From Cyanobacteria bacterium P01_D01_bin.156 (GTDB taxonomy: Bacteria; Cyanobacteriota; Cyanobacteriia; Phormidesmidales; Phormidesmidaceae): a DNA stretch of 64,000 nucleotides. The stretch lies in the NCBI GenBank assembly GCA_039024555.1, contig JBCCQQ010000008.1:32001-96000 (forward strand), in the 5' to 3' direction. The notes under the pieces are model-generated. The model searched no databases and was not told where the DNA came from. It saw only the letters and a list, made by a program, of their open reading frames with translations. A program made the position numbers and the translations under genes. This document shows, in pieces, positions 52,601 through 60,776 of this stretch; within the stretch, counting starts at the first letter, position 1, and each line of letters begins with the position of its first letter.

Positions 52601-55600
52601 TACCGGCTTACATGATTCCTACCGCCTATGTGCTGTTAGAAGAGTTTCCCCTGACTCCCAATGGCAAGGTGGATCGCAAAGCACTGCCCGAGCCTATTAT
52701 AGAGAGCGGTTCAGCGTCGGCTGTTCCGCTGAAAACAGAAACAGAACAACAGCTTGCGGCCATTTGGTCAGAGGTACTGAACCAGAATGCAATCAGCGCC
52801 AGCGACAACTTTTTTGAGCTGGGTGGGCATTCCTTGCTGGCGGCACGGGTAATGGCTAGACTACAGCCTATTTTTGGTGTTACCGTTCCCCTCAGGGCAT
52901 TATTTGAGTCGTCTTGTCTGTCGGCCCTGGCCAAGGTGATAGACCAAGAACTAGGGCAACAGAATTTTGTGCCGGTACAGCCCATTGCTCGAACACAGCC
53001 ACTACCGCTGTCCTATGCGCAGCAGCGGCAATGGGTACTAGCTCAGCTAGAGCCGGACAGTGCTTTCTACAATATTCCGGCTGCAGTTCGCTTAGAGGGA
53101 GATTTCTCCCTAGAAATATTCAAAGAAAGTTTGGAGATACTTTGCGATCACCATGAAAGCCTACGCACTGGTTTCAAATCGGTAAATGGCGCAGCAGAAC
53201 TATTTATCCTGCCCCAGGTTAAACCCGTAGTTACCTACAGAGAACTTCAAGGCGCTACAAAAGAGACTATTACAAACTATCTTGAAACAGAAATTCAAAA
53301 AGCCTTTGACCTAGAAGCTGCACCACTGATGCGGGTACAGGTGCTCAGAACCGATATCCACACTCATGTGGTGTCTCTGGTGCTGCATCATATTATTGCC
53401 GACGCTTGGTCAGTGGGGCTGCTGATCAAGGAACTAGTGGCCGTTTATGATCAGCTTCAGAAAAAGCAGCCGGTAGCATTAGCACCACTGAGCATTCAGT
53501 ACGTTGACTACGCCACCTGGCAACAGAATCTAGATACGAAGCAACAGCTAAACTACTGGCAACAACAGCTAGCGGATAGCCTGCCGTTACTGCCCCTACC
53601 AACAGACTACCCCCGTCCAGCAACACAACAGTTTTCTGGAAGCAGCCATCAGTTTACCTTCACCGAAGCTCAAACCACTGCCCTTAAAAATCTCAGCCAG
53701 CAACACAGCGCCACCCTATTTATGACACTGCTGGCAGCATTTAAGGTGCTGCTTCATCGCTACAGCGGTGCTAATGATGTGCTGGTGGGCACCCCCATTG
53801 CCCATCGTCCCCAGGCCGAGTTAGAAAACATTCTGGGTATGTTTGTAAACACCCTGGTGTTGCGCAGCGATTTCTCTGAAGAAATCTCCTTCAACCAGCT
53901 ATTAGACCAAGTAAAGGAAACGTCACTGGCCGCTTATGCCAACCAGGATGTGCCATTTGAGCAGGTGATCGATGTCCTGAATATTCCGCGCAACTGGAGT
54001 CATTCACCCCTGTTCCAGGTGATGTTTGTGTGGCAAGCAGCCACGCCAGACAGCCTGGAGATGCAGGGTGCAGATTTAATCTGGTCTCCCATATCCCTGG
54101 AGAGCAATACCACCAAGGTGGATCTGACGCTGATGATGGCAGAGAAAGACGGTTACCTCAGCGGCAGATTTGAGTATCGCCAGGACTTGTTTAAATCTGG
54201 CACTATCGAGGCAATGGCGGAAGCATTCTGTACGTTACTGGATGCCGTTGTTGAATCTCCTACAGCAACTGTTTCAGGGCTGCCGCTATTGCATAAACAT
54301 CAGCAGGAACAGCTAGTCCAGTGGAACCAAACTCACCAAACCTATGGTTCAAATATTTGTCTACATCAGCTGTTTGAAAAACAGGTAAAGCATACCCCCG
54401 AGGCTACTGCATTAGTCGCTGCTGATAAGCGTCTCAGCTATCAGGAGTTAAATGCTCGCTCGAATAAATTAGCAGCCTACTTGATATCCATAGGCATTGG
54501 CCCTGAAGCTCGTGTTGGTGTCTGCCTGGATCGTTCGGAACATCTGATCGTCGCTTTGTTGGGGATTCTCAAAGCGGGAGGAGCCTATGTACCGCTGGAC
54601 CCTGCATACCCCCCAAGTCGTCTGAACTATATTCTTGAAGACGCAGACGTTTCGGTGGTTGTCACTGAGCAACAGTATCACGAGCTTACGGAGAAAGGCT
54701 CGTTTAAGGTTGTCCTAACAAGTTCAGAGGAAATCTCTTATCAGAATACGGATACAATTGTTACTAACGTTCAGCCACACAACCTGGCCTATATTATTTA
54801 CACCAGCGGCAGCACAGGACAGCCTAAGGGTGTGGCCATCGAACATCACAGCCCGGTCGCTTTAGTAAACTGGGCGAAAGAAGTCTTTTCTCCTGACCAG
54901 CTATCCGGCGTATTGGCCGCCACATCTATCTGTTTTGACCTGTCGGTATTTGAGATTTTTGTCACCCTCAGCAGCGGTGGCACCATTATCTTGGCCGACA
55001 ATGTTCTGCAGGTAACTGATATACCCGCTGCCAATGAGATTACCTTAATCAATACGGTGCCCACCGCTATTGCTGAGCTGTTAAGAATCGAAGGTATTCC
55101 TAAGAGTGTCTCGACTATTAATCTTGCTGGAGAACCGATTCCTCCTGTCCTGGTGCAACAGCTGTACGCCGTAGATTCTGTGCAGCAGGTATTTAATCTA
55201 TACGGACCTTCGGAAGACACCACCTATTCCACCTATACGCTGCTGTCCCCCGATGACGCAGTTGTTCCCATCGGTTATCCCATCGCCAATACCCAGACAC
55301 ATGTGTTGGATAAGCATTACAATCCTGTTCCCATCGGCATGACTGGGGAGCTATATCTCGCAGGAGATGGCGTTGCACGGGGGTATTGGAATCGGCCTGA
55401 ATTAACCCAGGATAAATTTGTTACTTCTGACCGGCTCACGGTGGGCAGTACCTACCCTACAGCATACAAAACTGGAGATCTTGTCCGTCATCGGCCCGAT
55501 GGCCAATTGGAATTTCTAGGACGAATCGATTCTCAAGTGAAGCTGCGGGGGTTCCGGATCGAGCTGGGAGAAATTGAGGCAGTGCTATTGCAGCACCCTG

Positions 55601-57531
55601 ATGTGGTTCAGGTAGCGGCCCGTGTGTGGACCGATGAACAGGATAATCGGCGGCTGGTAGCCTATGTAGTGCTATCAGATTTATCGAATAGTGAGGAGTG
55701 GGGAATAGCTATTAAGGGGAGTGAGGGATTGCGATCGCACCTTCAAGCCACCCTCCCCGACTATATGGTGCCAGCTTTCTTTATCCCCTTAGAGAGCCTG
55801 CCCCTGTTACCTAATGGCAAGCTAAATCGCAAGGCTTTACCAACGCCCGTTCTTCCCAAACAGGTCTCAACTGAGACCGTTACCCAAACCGAAACAGAGC
55901 AAAAGCTAGTCTCTATATGGCAAGGGCTACTGCAACAATCTGTCGGTTTACACGACAACTTCTTTGAATTGGGCGGAGACTCTATCCTGGCAATTCAGGC
56001 CATTGCCCGTGCACAGCAAATGGATCTGCACTTTTCTCCTAGAGATTTGTTCCAGTATTCCACTGTTGCTCAGCTAGCAACTATTGCCCAAAAGCATCCC
56101 CAGAGACTGGTATCACAAAAGCCGATTGTAGGGACTATCCCCCTTACCCCTATTCAGCACTGGTTCTTTGAGCAACAGCTAAATCATCCTCACCACTGGA
56201 ACCAGTCGGTGCTACTCAAGGTGCAGCAGCCCCTGGAAACAGAGATTCTTTCCAAGGCACTGGGTCAGCTAATGACTCACCACGATAGTCTCAGAGCTAC
56301 CTTCTACCTAACAGAAACCGGTTGGCAACAGCGCTATGGTGAACCGTCAACAGCCGTTCCAATCGCCATCATTCGCAAACCGGTAGGCGATTCAACCGTA
56401 GAAAAAGAGATTATCAATACGGCCAACGCTGCCCAGGCCAGCTTTAATCTTGCTAAGGGGCCGCTATGGCGAGTGGTTTATTTTGAGCTAGAAACATCGA
56501 CAGAAATAGAACGACGGCTGCTAATTATCTGTCATCATCTCCTGGTGGATGGTATCTCCTGGCGCATTTTGTTAGAAGACTTACAGCGGCTCTACACCCA
56601 GCTAAACCAGACTGGTATGGCTCAACTGCCCTTAAAAACTCTCCCCAATCAGGACTGGGTAAGCCAGCTAGAGAGTAATGATAAATCATCAGAACTTACC
56701 TACTGGAAAACTGTTACTCAATTATCAATACCGCCGCTGCCCCGAGACTTTACCGATGGAACCAATATAATGGCCCTGGCAGATACCGTATCCGTTAACC
56801 TATCAGAAACAGATACCCAGCGATTGCTACAGCAGGTACCTGCTGCATATAACGTCCATATTAATGATTTACTACTAACGGCTTTAGGGCTGGCCCTCGA
56901 ACCTTGGGCTGGCAATCAACTACGCCTTGCCATGGAAGGTCACGGACGCCCTGCTGATGTGGATCTTACCCGCACCGTAGGCTGGTTCACCACGCTGTAT
57001 CCGGTACTTTTGGAAATACCCGAAGGTGATCTCAGTACTACTATTAAGGTTGTCAAAGAGACATTACGAGCAGTACCTGACCAGGGACTGGGCTACGGCA
57101 TTTTACGCTATCTCCAAGCTAACGATAACAATCTTGAAACAGATATTCCCATTCGCTTTAACTACCTGGGGCAAACCGATCAGCTATTCTCAGGTAGCAA
57201 TTTATTTGTTCCTGCCACTGAACCAACTGGAGCATCCCGCAGCCCCCACGACGACCGTGACATGCTAATCGAAATTAACGCCGTTGTTAGCCAAGGGATA
57301 TTAAAGCTGAACTGGACCTATGGCCAAGAAATTCATCATCGGGAGACTATCGAAAATTTAGCCCATAGCTATTTACACCAGCTTAAAGAATTGATTAATC
57401 ACTGCTTGTCTTCCGAAACCGACCAGGGCTATAGCCCAGCAGATTTCCCACAGATGGACTTTGCCCAGGGTGAGCTGGATGATTTATTAAGCAGCCTGGA
57501 TCTAGACGATGGGGGAGGTGTAATGTCATGA
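49633..57531 (+). CDS. NRPS C-A(Gly)-T-C-A(Ala)-T-E
   Basis: C HHIVADYWS, A code DILQLGMIWK (Gly), T GGHSL. Second C HHIIADAWS, A code DLFNNALTYK (Ala), T GGDSI, E HHLLVDGISW, EGHGR, RTVGWFT, and COM-like YSPADF. Confidence 0.92.
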   Translation: MSATNSPDLKNLSPEQKRELLAKLLKKKAAKQPQRTAQKFPLSFAQQRLWFIDQLQTGQAVYTIPAALRLQGNLNVDILQRCLDEIVTRHEVLRTQFVTEAGAPSQQVQPPTNVNLPVIVLDGASDNLEQQIRPYLKALVELPFDLATGQLLRCQLIRLSATDHVLALGVHHIVADYWSLRVFMKEIALLYQAFSQNQPSPLPALPIQYADYAVWQQQNQQTSQSQLDYWLEKLANPPSILQLPTDHPRPAVQTFHGARHSFALSKPLSDQLSALGQQHQATLFITLLAAFKVLLYRYSGQGDILVGSTVTNRDRTELQNLIGLFVNNLVFRSQIDAQLTFKQLLDQVKRTALDAYAHQEVSFEQVVDALQVERQLSRNALFQVMFILHNTPKASVSLPELNVSALEFTNNASRFDLSLDIYETEARLTGVFEYNTDLFDADTITRLAVHFETLLEGIVAAPNTTVGHLPLLPPSELETLASWNQTKIAIPEVCAHKLVEAQAARTPDASALTVDNKLPERIASQFVAPEKLWTYQQLNQSANRVARFLKTQGAVPGSRIALAFNRSAELVITLLAVLKLGGTYIPLDPTHPTERLRHILQDAHVAMVLTADKAFAEDSLPSETKLLDLKQHTELIEQQSFENLGNTTTAEDLAYIIYTSGSTGKPKGVPIRHRSLVNLLSSMAKSPGITADDALLAVTTVAFDIATLELLLPLTVGARLAIASPDTVCDASRLMSQIANDGITIMQTTPATWRLLLDSGWKGKETLKILCGGEALDPGLAQQLLPCSSELWNMYGPTETTIWSGALHITEEKLTGQTVPIGGAIDNTQFYILDAQHQPVPIGVSGELCIGGAGLSPGYLNRDELTAEKFVLNHFSGEQGSREAEERRNDFRLPTSDFRLYKTGDLARYRPNGTLEYLGRLDHQIKLRGFRIELGDIETALTQHKDIDQAFVVLWKNSSDDPQLVAYCKVWSTAIAKDPQTIRQHLSEQLPAYMIPTAYVLLEEFPLTPNGKVDRKALPEPIIESGSASAVPLKTETEQQLAAIWSEVLNQNAISASDNFFELGGHSLLAARVMARLQPIFGVTVPLRALFESSCLSALAKVIDQELGQQNFVPVQPIARTQPLPLSYAQQRQWVLAQLEPDSAFYNIPAAVRLEGDFSLEIFKESLEILCDHHESLRTGFKSVNGAAELFILPQVKPVVTYRELQGATKETITNYLETEIQKAFDLEAAPLMRVQVLRTDIHTHVVSLVLHHIIADAWSVGLLIKELVAVYDQLQKKQPVALAPLSIQYVDYATWQQNLDTKQQLNYWQQQLADSLPLLPLPTDYPRPATQQFSGSSHQFTFTEAQTTALKNLSQQHSATLFMTLLAAFKVLLHRYSGANDVLVGTPIAHRPQAELENILGMFVNTLVLRSDFSEEISFNQLLDQVKETSLAAYANQDVPFEQVIDVLNIPRNWSHSPLFQVMFVWQAATPDSLEMQGADLIWSPISLESNTTKVDLTLMMAEKDGYLSGRFEYRQDLFKSGTIEAMAEAFCTLLDAVVESPTATVSGLPLLHKHQQEQLVQWNQTHQTYGSNICLHQLFEKQVKHTPEATALVAADKRLSYQELNARSNKLAAYLISIGIGPEARVGVCLDRSEHLIVALLGILKAGGAYVPLDPAYPPSRLNYILEDADVSVVVTEQQYHELTEKGSFKVVLTSSEEISYQNTDTIVTNVQPHNLAYIIYTSGSTGQPKGVAIEHHSPVALVNWAKEVFSPDQLSGVLAATSICFDLSVFEIFVTLSSGGTIILADNVLQVTDIPAANEITLINTVPTAIAELLRIEGIPKSVSTINLAGEPIPPVLVQQLYAVDSVQQVFNLYGPSEDTTYSTYTLLSPDDAVVPIGYPIANTQTHVLDKHYNPVPIGMTGELYLAGDGVARGYWNRPELTQDKFVTSDRLTVGSTYPTAYKTGDLVRHRPDGQLEFLGRIDSQVKLRGFRIELGEIEAVLLQHPDVVQVAARVWTDEQDNRRLVAYVVLSDLSNSEEWGIAIKGSEGLRSHLQATLPDYMVPAFFIPLESLPLLPNGKLNRKALPTPVLPKQVSTETVTQTETEQKLVSIWQGLLQQSVGLHDNFFELGGDSILAIQAIARAQQMDLHFSPRDLFQYSTVAQLATIAQKHPQRLVSQKPIVGTIPLTPIQHWFFEQQLNHPHHWNQSVLLKVQQPLETEILSKALGQLMTHHDSLRATFYLTETGWQQRYGEPSTAVPIAIIRKPVGDSTVEKEIINTANAAQASFNLAKGPLWRVVYFELETSTEIERRLLIICHHLLVDGISWRILLEDLQRLYTQLNQTGMAQLPLKTLPNQDWVSQLESNDKSSELTYWKTVTQLSIPPLPRDFTDGTNIMALADTVSVNLSETDTQRLLQQVPAAYNVHINDLLLTALGLALEPWAGNQLRLAMEGHGRPADVDLTRTVGWFTTLYPVLLEIPEGDLSTTIKVVKETLRAVPDQGLGYGILRYLQANDNNLETDIPIRFNYLGQTDQLFSGSNLFVPATEPTGASRSPHDDRDMLIEINAVVSQGILKLNWTYGQEIHHRETIENLAHSYLHQLKELINHCLSSETDQGYSPADFPQMDFAQGELDDLLSSLDLDDGGGVMS
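52259..52330 (+). repeat. Composite repeat in a Gly A domain: about 4 AGCAG(G/A)GG octamers then (TTCCGAC)x4
   Basis: Octamers at 52265-52296 and heptamers at 52303-52330. Encodes GEQGSREAEERRNDFRLPTSDFRL before YKTGD. Confidence 0.92.
55440..55460 (-). repeat. 21-nt GTAG-type REP-like imperfect palindrome inside an Ala A domain
   Basis: The minus strand reads GTAG-GGTAGGTA-C-TGCCCACC, a GTAG tetranucleotide at the foot of an 8-bp imperfect hairpin. It lies just before AYKTGD. Confidence 0.55.
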
Positions 57532-60500
57532 ATGCCGTAGCCGCAAAACGCAATTCTATTGAGGATATTTATCCCCTGTCTCCCATGCAGCAAGGGTTGT
57601 TATTTCACACCCTGCTGTCACCTGCAGCTGGGGCCTACGTCCCCCAGGTGGTTGTGTCCTTTTCAGGCAGTCTAGATAGCCAACTGCTGCAACAGGCTTG
57701 GCAAACAATTCTCGAACGCCACAGTATTCTCCGCACTGGCTTCTACTGGGAACAGAGGGACCAACCATTCCAGGTGGTACAGCGTTCTGTAGCGTTACCT
57801 TGGGTAGAGCAGGACTGGTCGAGTTTGTCAGCCACCGAGCAGGCATCCAAGTTGACGGTATTGTTAGAATGCAACCGCAACGAGTCGTTTAATCTCAGTA
57901 AACCACCGTTGATGCGTTTGACTTGGGTGTCCTTGGGTAAAGGAGATTTGGGTGAAGAACGCTATCACCTGATTTGGTGCTATCACCACTTAATTCTAGA
58001 TGGATGGTCTAGCAGTCAATTACTAAAGGAAGTATTCCAGCAGTATTTTATTCTGACGGGTACTCTGCCCTCCTTAACAGCTACACCGGCTAAACCCTAT
58101 GGAGAGTATATCGCCTGGTTAAATCAGCAGGATAAAACCGCTGCCCAAAACTTTTGGGAAACCTATCTCAGCAATTGGCAGGGACCGACAGCATTACCAA
58201 TCCTTCAGACTGAGCGTCCTCAAACAGGATCTCTCGAACAACAGCAGTATGTAATCTCCGCAGAGGCGACCCAAGTGCTGCGAGACTTTATTCAGCGCTA
58301 CAAAATCACATTAAATACCCTAATACAGGGAGCATTGGGTCTACTGCTCAGTCGCTACACCAATAGCCATGATGTTGTTTTTGGAGCTACCTGTGCCGGA
58401 CGTCCGACAGAACTAGCCGGATCGCTATCCATGGTGGGGCTATTTATCAACACGCTGCCTGTGCGAGTTCAAGTTAAGCCTCAAGCAACTGCTGCTAGCT
58501 GGCTACAAGATTTAGTTGCACAGCAAACAGAGACCATTACCTATGAGTATGTCTCCCTGAGAGAACTGCAAGCCTGGAGCAACGATGGCCGTTCTCTATT
58601 TGACTGTTTGTTGGTGTTTGAGAGCTACCCAGTGGCAACAGACATGTTCCAGGGGCAAACGGCCTTTAAGCTGGACGATATTCAGTTTAATGAATGGACC
58701 CATTTTCCCCTAACGTTGCTGGTATCCGAAGGAAAAGAACTGGCGATTACGGCAAAATATCGTTCTGAACAAATCTCACCGGAAGCCATCACCCGACTGC
58801 TAGGACATTTGAATAATGTTCTACTGGGACTGGCTCAACATCCGAAAGGAAATCTACAAGATATCGACCTACTATCGGCGACAGAGAAACAACAGCTAAC
58901 CGAGTGGAATCTTACCCAAGCCAACTACCCGCTAGGGCAGGTACTGCCAAATTTGTTAGCACTGCAGGCAAAGAAATCACCCAGTACTACGGCAGTTATT
59001 TTTGAGGATCAGGCCCTTACTTATCAAGAACTGCATCAAAAAGCCAACCAGTTAGCCCATCACCTCCAAAGCCAAGGCATTGCCTCTGAGCATCGCGTTG
59101 GCATTTATTTCCAGCGTGCTCTAGGTATGACGGTGGCAATTTTGGCGGTAATCAAAGCAGGTGCTGCCTACGTGCCTCTTGACCCAGAATATCCTGCCGC
59201 GCGTCTGCATTGGATGCTAGAGGATGCCGATATAACAGCAGTGATTATAGACAAGCTCCTGAATTTACCACCGTTACCAGACACTGTTGTCACCATTGAT
59301 GTCACAGATGGTTCGCAACAACCTTCTACAGAACCAAAGCATGGGCTAACGCATGAGAACAGCGCCTATAACATTTATACCTCTGGGTCTACAGGCAAGC
59401 CTAAGGGCGTGATTAACACTCATCGGGGATTGGTGAATCGACTGTGCTGGATGCAAGAAGCCTATGGCCTAACTGAGGAGGAACGTATTCTACAAAAAAC
59501 CCCCCTAAGCTTTGATGTGTCGGTATGGGAACTATTCTGGCCATTGCTGAATGGTGCCACTCTGGTTATCGCTAAGCCTGGAGGCCATAGGGACAGCACC
59601 TATCTTGCAAAAACAATCTGTCAGCAGCAGATTACGACAGTCCACTTCGTCCCCAGCATGTTGGCCGCATTCCTAGAAGACCCGGATGTAAGCACCTGCA
59701 CGTCTCTACGTCGGGTAATTTGCAGTGGTGAAGCCCTTTCGCCAGCGCTACAAAAACAGTTCTTTGAAAAGCTACCCAACACAGAACTGCATAATCTCTA
59801 CGGTCCAACCGAGGCCGCCATTGACGTCACTGCCTGGCAATGCCAGCCCGGTGAGGCAACAGTGCCCATCGGTCGGCCCATTGCTAATACTCAAATTCAT
59901 CTATTAGACCAGGACAACAATTCAGTCCCCATCGGTATTCCTGGAGAACTCCACATCGGCGGTGCAGGCGTAGCACGAGGATATTTGAACAGACCAGAAT
60001 TGACAGCAGAGCGATTTATAACGAATCCATTTTTTGAAATTGGAAGTCGAAAGTTGGAAGTTGGAAGCAATACCTCGTCCTCCGCTCTTCGCTCTCCGTC
60101 CTCCGTCCTTTATAAGACCGGCGACCTCGCCCGCTATCGTCCCGACGGTGCCATCGAATACCTAGGACGAAAAGATTTTCAGGTAAAGCTGCGAGGTATG
60201 CGGATCGAGCTAGGAGAAATTGAAGCGGCTCTAAATGACTACCCTGGTGTGCAACAATCTGTTGTGCTGCTGCAGGACGATGTAGCAGGTGGACCAGCAC
60301 TAGTTGCCTACCTGGTGGGTATCGCTGTTGGAGATCTTAAACTAGCACTGACAGCTTTTCTAAAGCAGCGGCTTACTGAGGCCATGATACCCAAGGTATT
60401 CATCTCGATGGAGTCAATGCCCTTAACATCCAATGGCAAATTGGACCGACGAGCGTTACCTCAACCAGAGCAGATGGCCACGGTGGAGAAAGTTTTGCCT

Positions 60501-60776
60501 AGGAATAGGACAGAAACAGATATTGCTGCCATTTGGCAAGACATCTTACAAACTGATGCAATTGGTATCTACGAGAACTTTTTTGAACTGGGGGGCCATT
60601 CCCTAACTGCCACTCGTATGAATACGCGACTGCGAAAACAGTTTGAACTGAATTTGCCGCTCCATAGCGTGTTTGAATATCCCACCATTGAGGTCCTTGC
60701 AGTGCATATTGATGCCCTGCGCATTGCCGCTAAGCCCACCGAGTCACCCACTGGCCATAAGGAGATTGAGCTATGA
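57528..60776 (+). CDS. NRPS C(DCL)-A(Ser)-T
   Basis: DIYPLSPMQQGLLF, HHLILDGWS, A code DVWHISLIDK (Ser), T GGHSL, and a short C-terminal docking motif HKEIEL. Confidence 0.92.
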   Translation: MNAVAAKRNSIEDIYPLSPMQQGLLFHTLLSPAAGAYVPQVVVSFSGSLDSQLLQQAWQTILERHSILRTGFYWEQRDQPFQVVQRSVALPWVEQDWSSLSATEQASKLTVLLECNRNESFNLSKPPLMRLTWVSLGKGDLGEERYHLIWCYHHLILDGWSSSQLLKEVFQQYFILTGTLPSLTATPAKPYGEYIAWLNQQDKTAAQNFWETYLSNWQGPTALPILQTERPQTGSLEQQQYVISAEATQVLRDFIQRYKITLNTLIQGALGLLLSRYTNSHDVVFGATCAGRPTELAGSLSMVGLFINTLPVRVQVKPQATAASWLQDLVAQQTETITYEYVSLRELQAWSNDGRSLFDCLLVFESYPVATDMFQGQTAFKLDDIQFNEWTHFPLTLLVSEGKELAITAKYRSEQISPEAITRLLGHLNNVLLGLAQHPKGNLQDIDLLSATEKQQLTEWNLTQANYPLGQVLPNLLALQAKKSPSTTAVIFEDQALTYQELHQKANQLAHHLQSQGIASEHRVGIYFQRALGMTVAILAVIKAGAAYVPLDPEYPAARLHWMLEDADITAVIIDKLLNLPPLPDTVVTIDVTDGSQQPSTEPKHGLTHENSAYNIYTSGSTGKPKGVINTHRGLVNRLCWMQEAYGLTEEERILQKTPLSFDVSVWELFWPLLNGATLVIAKPGGHRDSTYLAKTICQQQITTVHFVPSMLAAFLEDPDVSTCTSLRRVICSGEALSPALQKQFFEKLPNTELHNLYGPTEAAIDVTAWQCQPGEATVPIGRPIANTQIHLLDQDNNSVPIGIPGELHIGGAGVARGYLNRPELTAERFITNPFFEIGSRKLEVGSNTSSSALRSPSSVLYKTGDLARYRPDGAIEYLGRKDFQVKLRGMRIELGEIEAALNDYPGVQQSVVLLQDDVAGGPALVAYLVGIAVGDLKLALTAFLKQRLTEAMIPKVFISMESMPLTSNGKLDRRALPQPEQMATVEKVLPRNRTETDIAAIWQDILQTDAIGIYENFFELGGHSLTATRMNTRLRKQFELNLPLHSVFEYPTIEVLAVHIDALRIAAKPTESPTGHKEIEL
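60039..60108 (+). repeat. Composite degenerate repeat in the Ser A domain: 4 GT(C/T)GGAA-like heptamers then about 5 TCCGTCC-like heptamers
   Basis: attggaa gtcgaaa gttggaa gttggaa (60039-60066), then tcgtcc tccgctc ttcgctc tccgtcc tccgtcc. Encodes IGSRKLEVGSNTSSSALRSPSSVL before YKTGD. Confidence 0.8.
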
